64,000 bases of DNA, from contig NC_045696.1 of assembly GCF_009834535.1 (NCBI RefSeq), positions 65,288,001 through 65,352,000 of the forward strand, read 5' to 3'. The notes under the pieces are model-generated. The model saw only the letters and a program-made list of their open reading frames with translations, searched no databases and was not told the DNA's origin. This DNA comes from Camelus ferus. Its lineage: Eukaryota. Shown piece by piece: positions 13,776 through 26,067 of the stretch; position 1 is the first letter of the stretch, and each line of letters starts with the position of its first letter. Position numbers and translations under genes: made by a program.

Positions 13776-14729
13776 TCTTATTAAAATTGTATTATAATTA
13801 TGATTACAACTTATTTATGTATGGTGCACTAAATAACAAAGCTTATAGTAGGTCTGGTGCTGCCTTAGAAAACTCAAATGTGGAATGGCTTTAGATGAGG
13901 AATCTCAGGACCATCTCTAATTCCAGTGGCCTGATGCTTAGCCATTTAAGTGCCAAGTTAGCTTACATGCTATTTGTAGCTCAAGGAATCAGGAGAGTTT
14001 TCTCATTAATAGCAGAGCATGATTCCTAGAATAAATTACACCATGTATTTAATTTTTCCTTATTGTATGGTTCTTATAACAGTATGGTTGTACTGAATTA
14101 TGTAAATATATTTTGCTTCACCCTACCCCTACTAACTGAAAACTCCCTAGTTATATGGACCAGGCTGAATTCACCTTTATATGCATCTTTACGGTTGGTT
14201 TATAATAGATCCTTAATAGACGTCTACATAATGAGTGTCCACTTAGATGAATAGAGAAATTACAAAATTTTAGAAAATTTCCCAAGAATCTCATCATATT
14301 TTTACTAATACATATTTCTCAATTCTCTATAAATAATTATAATGATCTTTTAAAATCGGTAATATAAATTCCCTGAGATCTGGTTGGGGAAGTTTTTACT
14401 CTTAAGGATGGAGCACTCTTAAAGACCTTCTCACTTCAGCCTATAAAAATAATAAAGTTGAGGTCTTAGTTCAAAAACAATAGGCTTCAGTTAGGTGACC
14501 ATTCACTGATGGAGACATAAGTGTGTCCCTTGCATTTCAGCTGAATTACAGAGATTCTCCAGCTTCAATGACCCTACTATCTAATATAGGAAAAATGTCA
14601 GAATAGGTGGTTTTATGACAGAAAACTAAGAGCACAAGAAAATATGTGAGAAGAGCATTGTGAATGAAAGGAAACAGATTTCAGAATATGGATTTATTAT
14701 TCTTGCTATTTGTGACAGAGCAGATGAAA

Positions 14730-16618
14730 TTTTTTATTAAGGATAATTTTTAGAGCAGCTGTAAGTTTATAGCAAAATTAAGGGGAAGGTATAGAGATTT
14801 CCCATGTGTCTCCCACCCCACACATGCATAGGCTCCCTCATTATCAACATATCCCCATCAGAATGGTATATTTGCTACAATCAGTGAATCTACATGCACA
14901 CATCATAATTACCCAAAGTCCATAGTATAAATTTTTAGTTCACTCTTGGTGTTGTATAATCTATTGGTTTAGACAAATGGATCATGATACATATCCATCA
15001 TTGTGTTATCATACAGAGTATTTTCACTGGTCCCCAAATCCTCTGTGTTCTGCCTATTCACCCTTCCACCCACCCCCAATCTTTGGCAACCACTGATCTT
15101 TTTATTGTCTCCATACTTCTGCCTTTTCTAGAATGTCATATAATTAAAATTACATAGTATGTAGCCTTCTTAATGGCTTCTTAACTTGGTAATATGCATT
15201 TAAGCTTCCTCCATGTCTTTTCACAACTTAATAGCTCTTTTTTTATAGCACTGATTAATATTCCCCTGTCTGGATGCACCACAGTTTATTTACCCATCTA
15301 CCTACTAAAGGACAGCTCGATTGCTTTCAAGTTTTAGCAGTTATGGACAAAGCTGATATAAACATTCATGTGCAGGTTTTTGTGTTGACAAAAGTTTTCA
15401 ACTCCTTTGGGTAAATATTAAGGAGCACAATTGCTGAATTATGACAAAAGTGTGTTTTGTTTTGTAAGAACCTGCCAAACTGTCTTCCAAAATGGCCACA
15501 CCACTTCACATTCTCAGTAGTAATGAATGAGAGTTCCTGTTAGCACATATCCTTGCCAGCCTTTGGTGCTATCAGTGTTCCAAATTTGGGCCATTCTAAT
15601 AGGTGTGTAATGGTATTTCATTGCTGTTTTAATTTGCATTTCCCAGATGACATATGATGTGGAATGTTTTTTACATATGCTTATTTTCCATCTGCATATC
15701 TTTTTTTGTGAGATGTCTGTTAAAGCTTTAGCTCATTAAAAATCTAGTTGTTTGTTTTCTTATTGCTGGGTTTTAAGAATTCTTTTTGTATTTTGAATAA
15801 CAGTCCTTTATCAGAAGTGTCTTGCAAATATTCTCTCCTAGTCTGTGGCTTGTCTTCCCATTCTCTTGACTTATGTCTTTTGCAGAACAGAAGTTTTTAA
15901 ATTGAATAAAGTTCAGCTTAAAAATTCTTTCTTTCATGCATTTTGCCTTTGGTATTGTATCTAAAAATGTATCACCATACCAAAATCATACAGATTTTCT
16001 CCTGTGTTATCTTCTAGGAGTTTTATATTTCTATGGTTTATATTTAGGCCTGTGATCCATTTGAGTTAATTTTTGTAAAGGGTATAAGGTCTGTGTCTAA
16101 ATTCAGTTTTTTGCATGTGAATGTCCAGTTATTCCAACAGCATTTATTGAAGAGGCTGTCTTTGCTCCAGTGTATTGCCTTTGATCCTTCATCAAAGATC
16201 AGTTGACATATTTATGTGAGTCTATTTCTAGATTCTCTATTCTGTTCCACTGATACATTTGCCAGCTCTTCCACAAATACCACACGGTCTTGATTACTGC
16301 AGCTTTGTAGTAAGTCTTGAAGTCAGATAGCCTCAGTCCTCCAACTTTGTTTTTCTCCTTCAGTACTGTGTTAGCTATTCTGGGTTTTTTGCCTCTCAGT
16401 ATAATCTTTAAAATTGTTTTTTTTTTTTGATATCCACAAAATACCTTGCTGGAATTTTAATTAGGATTACACTGAATCTACAGATCAAGTGGGGAAGAAC
16501 TGACATCGTGACACTATAGTGTCTTCCTATTTATGAACATGGAATATCTCTTCATTTATTTAGTTCTTCTTTGATTTTGTTCATCAGATTTTTGTAGTTT
16601 TCCTCACATAGATCTTGT
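14730..16618 (-). mobile_element. LINE-1, L1MC1-like, 5'-truncated (3' UTR plus ORF2 C-terminal part)
   Basis: 'tttttagagcagctgtaagttt', 'ggcaaccactgatctttttattgtctccata', then antisense ORF2 'gtcttgattactgcagctttgtagtaagtcttgaagtcag'. Confidence 0.92.
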
Positions 16619-17974
16619 CCCTTCTGAAGGGGATGCTACATACTGGTCTCCAAAATCTAAAGTTGACTTCACTTAGATAAATCTTGGGTAACTAAAAAAG
16701 CCAGACCCAACTCGAGGCCATACTGGAAGAGGGGTATAATAATTGTGCCTAAATGACTATTTCATCCACCATTTCTTTCTTAATCCTTGGACATGAATGG
16801 AGAAAAAAAACAGCATAGAGAGAAATATACTTTAGGGTCACTGATCAAGTACTACCTGTTGATGTTTGGTACTCAACATACTGGTGCTGTAGTGGCAGAG
16901 GACTTCACTGTGTCTGAAGTTTAAAGCTGCAGCTTTTGGGTGTGCCTGAGAATCACAATAAAAACATTCAGTTTGTCTCAGTCATCAGCGTCTTAAAGTT
17001 TGTATATGTCATGCCTGTTTTAAAATAAATCTTACGGAAAAATAATTTCAGTCAACTTAAGCCAAGCTGGCTGAGGTAAAAGCTAGTCTTGTCTGGACCA
17101 AGCAAGATGAGGAGGCTCACACACAAGTCTGCAGTAAACTTCTGTTGTACTGTAACGTGATATTCAACAGCTAAAAGGCAACCACTAAACTGTAAAGAGC
17201 ATCAGCAAGTTGAAGGCACTACCAATCACATAATTTGTCAAGCATAAGTACGTGGGTCACTTTACTAAGGTTTATGGGTCAGCACAGGTACTGTGGTCAT
17301 ACTAGCATTCTTAAGCACTGCTGGTTTGTTCACAAGGGCTGGTCCCATTCCCCACATTCTTAATGTTTGCACAGATTTTTTGGTTTAGTTAGGGTTTTAA
17401 GAAGCTATTAAATGATATCCCTCTTTCCTTTCTGAGTTCAGAATCAATTGAGCAAGAAGGCATAGCAATTAAGCAGATGTAAATGAAATGACTAGATTTA
17501 CTACTGATAAAAATTAGACTGGAAAATGTGACATTAAATCTGTGAAAGACACTTCCCAGAATTAAACCTATTCCTAACCCTCTAATCCTTTCCATTAGAG
17601 AACTTGCATTTCTCTAAGTCTAATATTGCTAAACTTAGAATATGCAGGAGCAGAGACTGCATTTGTTCAGTTAACACTCTGGCTCCTCAGGAGTAGCCAG
17701 AACAAAGTCCAACATGCTCAGTTAGTTCTCTTGAATATAAATTGTGTGGAACAAACAGGAACAAAAGGAGAGAGGAGTTGATGATTTTGCTGTAGTCTTC
17801 CAGTGAGATCATCTGAGAGTTCCTGACTGAGATAGTTGCTATTTCCCCCGACAGTTGGGCAATATCTGATAAACATTTTTATGTTATCCAGATTTGATTG
17901 AATGACTTACAACAAAATAGGTTTATCTGTATATTTTGTTTATTTGTTTATGTTTTGTTTGTGTTTATCTCCTT

Positions 17975-18110
17975 AATCCACTGGGAATATCTTTAGTGAA
18001 GGCTGTGAACTGAGGCACTAGTTCTTTTTTTTAAGTAGCCAAATATTTTTCTCAGCATGACATATTAAATATTTCTTCTTTATGCCACAGTATTTCTTCT
18101 TACGCTATAA
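17975..18110 (-). mobile_element. Ancient L1 (L1ME-like) fragment
   Basis: 'taatccactgggaatatctttagtgaaggctgtgaa...ctcagcatgacatattaaata' resembles antisense ORF2. Confidence 0.45.
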
Positions 18111-19179
18111 AATATTTTAGAGGAATAGACTACTTCTAAGTACCCTTAGAATCTGGTGTTATGATGTTGTACTCCTGCAGATTTGAAGATGTAGAAATAA
18201 GTTTGGTCTCTGAGAACCAAACAGAAACTATACTATCTCATGAATTTGACTATAGATCCATGAAAATGTCAAGCCATCTGGATGAGACAAGAGTTTTCTC
18301 AGATCAGCTAAACGTATATTATCTTCTTTAACTTATTAAGTATATCTAAAAATTGTGATTCGGAAGGAGACTTTCTTAGTCACAGAATCTAAGAAAATCA
18401 GTCTTTGAACCAAACATAAGCAATTTTTATCCAAATACTGTTCATAGACTACAAAACTTTGGTCACTGGACTAAACATGCTCTTGAGGGTAAGGCTGTCT
18501 TTTTGCTGAGGAATTACATAATTGGGTATGGCTAACAGAACAGAGGCAAAACCTGTCAAATATTTCTGATCCCTTGCAAGAACAAACCAGTGATGAGATA
18601 TTCCAAAATCAAGTTACGAAGCTGACACTGTTCTGATTCCCTGCTCATCAACATAAACCTCTGAATAGACTGTGTCCCTTGTATGTCTATACTGAGAGAA
18701 ATTTCATTGATTAGAAGGATTTTGACTACTCTCGTTTTCTGACATAGTGATTTCTCCTTATAAATAAAATGATTTATCCTTCCATAGAACTTTACTGTAT
18801 ATAGCTTGAAAATAGCATTTTTTCTGCCAAAGAATGCCAAACAGCCAACAGATCAACCAACCAACAAAAAACCTACTGGGAATAAAAATCAAAGTGGTAA
18901 CTCAATAATTTTAAACAAATAGGATATCATGGAAGCTCTGCATAATATTGCAAACTAATGATTCAAAAACTGCAGAGCTGATAAATGGGTAAAGATGTTA
19001 TATCCAGGGATCATTTTTGGATGTTATTATTTTTAAATAATAACATTGTTTTATTCACAAAACACTATTGTATGTAAAATATGCCAGAATATCTATTTTC
19101 TCTATCAAATACTAGATTATTGAGACTAAAGTTATGCTAAAGTAAAAATAAACTAAAAAAATATGAGTCAGACATTTCA

Positions 19180-19412
19180 AGAAAAATAATTTAGGTCAAT
19201 ATCACACAGGAATGTAGATATTAAAATCCTCAATAAAATCTGGGAAATTTGAATCCAGTAAATAATTTAAAATATAACACAAATATGAGCATATGTATTT
19301 TATCCCAGGAATGAAAAATTGATATAACACTGGATAATCAAACACTGTAATTCAACATAGTAACTGAGCAGAGAAGAATAATTACATAATAACCTCAATA
19401 AATGAAGACAAA
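19180..19412 (+). mobile_element. Ancient L1 ORF2 reverse-transcriptase-region fragment
   Basis: 'aaaatcctcaataaaat', 'ttttatcccaggaatg', 'ctcaataaatgaagacaaaa' are decayed KILNKI..FIPGMQ..ISIDAEKA codons. Confidence 0.75.
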
Positions 19413-20179
19413 AGTAAGGAAGAGAAGCAGAGTAGTCAAGTCTCAGAAAATAGTGGGCCTCACTTTATTTTGTTATTTTTCATGATTAGACTAAGAACTC
19501 TAGAACCACAAAGTGAGAAAAAACTATTCTTACTCTTCCTTCCCTATGAAAGTTCAAGAAATTTACTTAATTTAAATACAGGCAGCAAATAACAGTTATC
19601 AGTTAGGGGAAGTATCCAGGAGCCAAACTGGAGGAGTTGCTAGCATGAGAATGTTTTTCCCTGATACAGTCATTTACTGATCGCTTTGAGCATATACTAT
19701 GAAATTCTAGATCTATTATTGTAATGAGGAATTAAATGGTTGTACAGGTCAATGCTAACATTCTCTATTTCTGTCTTTAGTATATACATATTTTTTCATC
19801 TTAAAAGATCCCAGTGTACACATTTAGATATGCCAACGTACTTGAATTAAAAAGAAGAATACCTATTAATAATACTTAAAGTCAGACTTTATTTTTACTC
19901 TTGGAAACATAGTCAACTGTATAATACATTTTGACAATAACGATGGAGTTCAATGTGCCCCCTAAAGACCTTTCTTACAGGTCGTTCATTTAATTTATAT
20001 TCTACTAGAACATCTAAATTCACTATTTAAAGACCGTTTCCAAGTGAATGAAAATTAGAGCTGAGAGGTATTTTGAAAACCATTATCTTGTCTACCCACC
20101 ACCCAATTTCTCTAATTGGGCTCACTGGATAGCCTTTTCTAAATAATAATCATGAAATCCCAGTAGGATATAGCACTCA

Positions 20180-20555
20180 GACCTCTGGGTTGGTTGAAGC
20201 TTGGCTGACCCAGTTCTGATTCAACTGTGGCAGGTATCCTGTTTCCACTTATCCATCATCAGTAGGTGAGCAGGGTAACTCAGCTTCCTGCATCTAATTC
20301 GACCAGCAAGCTAACTGGACGTGTTCTCACAACAAGGGCAGACACATGAAAGACCAAGCAAAACCAAACATGTCTCTTAAGGTCTGTGCGCATAAATAGC
20401 ATGCTTTTGCATCTATCCATATTATCTTCAGCAAAGCAAGTCATGTGGCCAGGGCAACAGTCAAGGGACAGAGCAGTACTCTCTGTCCAGAGTGAGGCCA
20501 TGGCATGGGTGTGGATGCAGGCAGGTATAAGAAATGGGGCCAGTAATTTATTCTG
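20180..20555 (-). mobile_element. MaLR LTR (MLT1I/J-like)
   Basis: 'aaagcaagtcatgtggccagggcaacagtcaagggacag...gaggccatggcatgggtgtggatg'. Confidence 0.75.
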
Positions 20556-20804
20556 GGAAAATGAAAAAGTAGCTTTCCCAATAGCACAGAGAGTATAGTG
20601 ACTAGAGTAACAATTTTTTCCCAGATGATCTTTTTAAAATGCATGTCTCCTTGAACGTCTCAAGGAGAGGTAGCACTTAAAGACTATAAGCTACACTGTA
20701 ACCCTACATAGTATATTTTTTGCTCCATTTACTTAAATTTCCTGGCTTTGGCTATCTAGGTTCAAGTCCTAACTCTCTCACTGTTATCTCTATGTTTAAG
20801 ATAT

Positions 20805-20945
20805 GGGTTCTCAAACTTTAATGTACATCAGAATCATCTGATGGGCTTAAGACACAGATTGGTGGGTCTTCCTCCCAGCGTCTGATTCAGTAAGTTTGGG
20901 GTAGGGCTTATGCTGATGGACCAGGTATCACACTTTGAGAAATCC
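20805..20945. mobile_element. MER5A hAT-Charlie MITE (internally deleted)
   Basis: 'ggttctcaaactttaatgtacatcagaatca...tctgattcagtaagtttggggtaggg...cacactttgagaa'; inverted ends ttctcaaa/tttgagaa. Confidence 0.85.
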
Positions 20946-22299
20946 TGATTTAAAAAATCCAAAAAGTGGGTCACTAATAACTATGCTAGTTGGTTTCTGG
21001 TTTAGGAGGCCCCAGGATTCCTTTCTCTTCATTTCCATGGCTTTCAGTTTTGAAGGTAAACAGTTTTCCTAACGCTATTCCATATGTTCCATCTTCTATG
21101 CACAGACATCAGTAAATATGAAGCGTTTTTGTACTTCAGCTGACTTTGGTTGATTTACAATTGGCAGATTTCAGGCCTTTGTGAATAGCAAATAAACTTG
21201 TCTGCCTCATCAGCTAACTGAGCAAATTTAAGAGAAAGTTTCTGCCTCCATATTAATTAAAAGCCTCCAGTAGTTAGCCATCAATCTAAATGTGATTCAA
21301 TTCAGCAAATAAGTATTGAGTTCTCATTCTAAGATCCTCAGATAAATGTTCTTGGAAAAACAAGGAAGGTTAAGAAAAGGACTCTACTAATATTTACATT
21401 TATTAGTGAATTCCCTAAAGTAGCAGACATTGACTACCATAAATTATTGAAGGTGCAATGCCAAGAGAAAATTGTTCATTTCTTAAAGTACACTTGGGGA
21501 ATGGCAGAGCACAGTCACTTTCGAAAGGTAGTGTAGAAATTCAGATTGAACAGCATGGAAATGGCAGTGACAGGAATCGATCACATCTTGCTATCAACGT
21601 TGCTCAGAAAAAACAACAACAGAATCCAAGTTTACATAGGGCCCAATTCCCTTTTGAATTAACAGTGTCTTTAAAAAATATTTTCCATCATGATGCTTTT
21701 ATTTATTTATTTTTTTGGCATAAAATAGCTAAATCTAGTATTTAGGGACTGTAAGAGAAACAAATAGTATCCATTATACAAGTGGATAAATCAGGTCATT
21801 GAAAAAATGTTCTCAAGGTCACAGACCAACAGCATGAGAGACTAAATTAATTGATTTTTGACTTTTTATCATCCCTAGACTCAGAAGCTGAGCAAAATTT
21901 GTCACCTTTGTTCTTAAGTGAAAAATGAAGATTATTTAAAATATTAATGCCAAAAGATTTACTAATTAATCATGCTAATAGAAACTATTTTAGAAAGAGT
22001 CCACTTTTTTTTTTTTGCTGTAGCATTATTGCTTATTCATAAAGGTAATCTGATATTGCTTGTTTTAGTTTTGCCTCAATGTACTGATTTATTCCTAGTG
22101 TACAAAGTTTCATAGCACTCATAAATGAATGTTAAAAGTAGTAATTTCCATTTATAAGGCAAAACCATTCATAAAAAAAACAATGATTCTTTCAGATAGT
22201 ATGGAGATGGTAAACCTACACTTACATTCCAATCTTGGAATAAAAAAGGAAAGATGTACAATGATTTTATTGAAAGAAAATATGTAAAATGTAAAAGAT

Positions 22300-23400
22300 C
22301 AGAGGCTGAAAAGGCATTAAAGATATTTTAATTCAATAATATTAATTTACAAATGAGAATAATAAAAGCCTACAAAGGAAAAAAAATGACTCACCCCAGA
22401 TCACATAGTCAATTTGTATTTTATTTGGGACTCATTATCACAGGACTCTGCATAAATTAACAAAAAGTACTTAAACTTTCTATGTTCCCAGAACACTAAT
22501 GGATAAAAATATGAAGAAAACATTCTTTACTCTGGAACATACTCTCCAGTAGGCAAGTTAAGACACTGTACACAAATGACATTTGTGTTATAAAAAGTTA
22601 GTGTTATTCTTTGGATGAAGTATAAGTGATATTCATTTACTGGGTATGGAGAACAAGGAAATCATGGGGGTAAGACTTCTGACATGCCTTAAATGTGCAA
22701 CAGATTTGGGGAAAACATGTTAAGAGAAAGCATGAGCAAAACCACAGAAGCAAAACTTTAGGCATGTATTGAGAAATAAATATGTTCATATGGATTGTGC
22801 ATAACAGAGTAATGGAAGATAGGCTTTAAGATGAAACAGAGGGGAGATCTTAACAAGCAGATGGAAGAGTCTGCATTTTATGAAGTCCATGTCTTACATC
22901 TTTCCATATTTCCAATTGCTTTGGAAATTGGGCTCAATATGTCTCACTTAAACATTCAATCAGCTTATCTGCTCTTTCTTTAAATTTTAATTTCATACTT
23001 ATAACTACTTACTATCCAGTCATTTGATAAGCATTATATGAAATGCATTAGGATTAGATGATGAAAATTTAGAAATGTATAGAAGATGGTTCTTTTCTTT
23101 AAAGAATCTGCAGTTAAGTGAGATGGACAAAGTTGTAAGTGAATAGCTAAAATACAATTTAACAAAAGCTATAATGTAGCTCTTTATAGGCTGCTGAGAA
23201 ACTTTTTTTTCTGGGAGAATTCCTAAAGAAAGGTACATGTAATTTAATGCTTGAAGAAGAAAGAGAAGTTTCCAGTTAAATAAAGAGAAGGAAGAACATT
23301 CCAACACAGCATTTATAAAGTCCATGTATTAGAGCTTGAGTGAAGTCAGGATATATTATTATAATGATCAAAGTATTTAAATTCTATTAGAAGAGAGTTC
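22300..23400 (-). mobile_element. Cluster of MIR and L2 fragments
   Basis: 'tttacaaatgagaa...tgactcaccccagatcacatag' (MIR); 'ctatgttcccagaacac', 'gcatgagcaaaaccacagaag', 'agtcatttgataagcatt' (L2). Confidence 0.55.
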
Positions 23401-24341
23401 TAGGAACGCTGGGTCTGCCCTTGTCCAGAAAGACTCTTTTTTTAAAAATTAAGGTCCTGGAAGAAAAGAAATGCGCAAAGGAAACAAAGGCCAGGAGATA
23501 CACACTTCCTTATTAGCGAGACATTTGACCTCACACTCAAGTACTCTATTAAACTCTCCTTTATCACATAGAATCGTTACTTTATCTGACCTACAGGCTA
23601 AAACAGTTTTCTTCCCCGTAAGTTCAAACCAGAATTTTAGAATTTATCACTGCAATGAGACAAAAAACCATCCCTGCTTTCACCAGTGGAACAGAAGCAG
23701 AGAACTGTAGAGGGCTAAATGGGAGTCCCTGTGCCCACAGCTTAGCACTGAACTGGCCAACACAGCCTGCTCCTGGGCTTTTTGGGCAGAGGAGTTAGCT
23801 TCAAGCCTGTCTGGGTACAAACAAGGAAGAGAAACCCATCAGAAGAGAGGGAGTCTGGTGTGCTGGGAGTCTGGTTTAGTTAGGGAACCAGGGCTCCTAG
23901 TGCAGCTACACAAGAGGTAGGAACTGAAAAAGAATATAGCTTGCAGTCATCTCTGGATTTGATCTGTTCTGCATTCATTCTGTAATGATCAGATTTGTAC
24001 TCCAGAAAGAAAACTGAGGTGCCATTGAGGAGGCTGAATAGTTTTAAAACGATAGCTATGTAATAGCTGTTTCGGTAAGGAATATTTCAAGTTTTCCACA
24101 AAGTGAGTCTGGACACTTTTGTCAAGGGGGTTGCCTACATCTTGCACCCGGCCAGAGTGCTACAGGCAGGTGTCTCTGGGTATCATGAGCCTCTTATAAC
24201 CCCATAAGTGAATGGAAGAATCCTGCATAAATTGGTATCGGGCCATCACACCACAGCTAACTTAGTGCATGACAAAAATCAAAATTGCTGCAAAATTCAT
24301 CAACATTTACTATAGATATGACTTTGTAGAAAGCCCTTAAA

Positions 24342-24647
24342 TTTTTTCTTCCCTCTCAGCTTTATTGAATTTTAATTGACAAGTAAAATTGTAAGATATT
24401 TAAAGTGTAAAATGTGATGACAATATACATATGTGTTGTGAAAGGATTTTCTCCATGAAGTTAATTAACATGTCTATCATCTCCCATATTTATCATTTGT
24501 GTGCGTGTATGAGAACATTTAGGTTCTACTCTCTTAGCAAATTTCAATCACATACTACACTGTTATCAACTGTGGTCACCATGATATATATTAGATAATT
24601 AGACCTTATTTACCTTATGACTGAAAGTGTATATCCTCTGACCATCG
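24342..24647 (-). mobile_element. LINE-1 3' UTR end, L1MA9-like
   Basis: 'cagctttattga', 'tctactctcttagcaaatttcaa', 'gtcaccatg', 'ctgaaagtgtatatcctctgacc'; reverse complement of the 42400-42690 copy. Confidence 0.88.
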
Positions 24648-24930
24648 CCAACTGCGAATGTCACTCACCATGCAGTTCTACCAGAACTGAGTCATGAGTC
24701 ACTGCAGTCACTGACCAACAGTACACCCTGGAGAGAATTCAGGGCAGAGATCAGGAATAAGGTGCTCTGTGCTCTGAGAAAACTATCAGATATTTTCAGG
24801 AGAAATCTTTAACCCAGATTCTTGCATCTTCCCATATTTAGAAAAGCACTAAAACCATGAACAACTGGCTCTGTTCTTCATGACTAGCAGCAAACTTCCA
24901 CAAAAGTTGTGTGCTTGAGTGCATGTACCC
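24648..24930 (+). mobile_element. ERV1-type LTR fragment (cetartiodactyl family) without recognisable termini
   Basis: 'gaattcagggcagagatcaggaataaggtgctctgtgctctgagaaaact...cccagattcttgcatcttcccatatttagaaaagcactaaaa' recalled from artiodactyl LTRs; clearly non-L1 insert. Confidence 0.6.
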
Positions 24931-25893
24931 AATCCATAAGCATGGAATATCTTTTCACATATTTGTGTCTTCTTCATTTTCTTTCATCAGTGTTTTATAG
25001 TATTCAATGTAGAGATTTTTCATCTCCTTGATTAAATTTATTCCTAAGTATTTTATTGTTTTTGATGCCATTGTAAACAGTAAGTGGGTTTGTTTGATTA
25101 ATTTCTCCTTCCGATAGTTCATTATTAATATATAGAAATGCAACTGATTTTTGTATACAGATTTTGTATCCTGCAATTTAACTGAATTTGTTTATTAGTT
25201 CTAACAGTTATCTGGTACAGTTTTTATGATTTTCTATGTACTAATATTATGTCACCTGCAAACAGACAATTTTTACTTCTTTCTGATTTAGATGTATTTT
25301 ATTTCTTTTTTCTTGCTTAATTGCTCTGGCTAAGATGCCCAGTACTATGTGAAATGAAAGTAGCAAAAGTGGGCATCATTGTCTTGTTTCTGATCTTAGA
25401 GGAAAAGCTTTTAGGCTTTTCACCATTGAGTATTATGTTAGGTATTGGCTTGTCACATATGGACTTTATTATGGGAGGTACGTTTTCTCTAAACTTATTT
25501 TTTTTTTTTTTGTAATCATGAGTGGATGCTGAATTTTGTCAAATACCTTTTTCTGCATCTATTGAGCTGATCATACGATCTTATGCTAATATTTTCTTAA
25601 GGGTTTCTGTACCTATGTTCATCAGAAATAATGATCTGTAATTTTCTTTTCTTGTAGTGACCTTCTCTGGCTTTGGTATCAAGGTAACACTGACTTCACA
25701 AAATGAGTTTGAAAGTATTCCCTTTTCCTCTATTTTTAATATTAATTCTTCCATGAATGTCTGGTAGAATTCACTAAGGAAGCCATCTGGTCCTGGATTT
25801 GTGTTTGTTAGGAGGCTTCTGATTATTGACTCAATTTCCTTACTAGTAACTTGTTTTTTTCAGATTTTCTATTTCCTCTTGATTCAATCTTGC
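24931..25893 (-). mobile_element. LINE-1 ORF2 fragment
   Basis: ORF 24955..25176(-) 'TIKYLGINLIKEMKNLYIEYYKTLMKENEEDTN' is decayed L1 ORF2p; 'gaagccatctggtcctgg'. Confidence 0.92.
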
Positions 25894-26067
25894 CTACCTG
25901 TTTTGATGTGGTTATTTTCTCATTCTTGATTTGTGTAGAATTTTCTCAGCTAGTTTCTTGATTTCTTTCATAGGGAATTGCTCCATGTGTAGTTATACAA
26001 TCAGCAAGTCCTTGAGAGGAGAGAAATTCAGGCAACTTCTATGTTGTCATCTTGGTTGACTCCATCT
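25894..26067 (-). mobile_element. LINE-1 5' UTR tip
   Basis: Reverse complement begins 'ggagtcaaccaagatgacaacatagaag', like the L1 start 'ccaagatggc' (YY1-type motif). Confidence 0.65.

Noticed and set aside
18590..18665. C/D-box snoRNA-like motifs (GTGATGA...CTGA)
   Set aside because: No terminal stem at proper spacing and no recognisable rRNA/snRNA antisense element
24955..25176. 73-aa minus-strand ORF
   Set aside because: L1 ORF2 remnant
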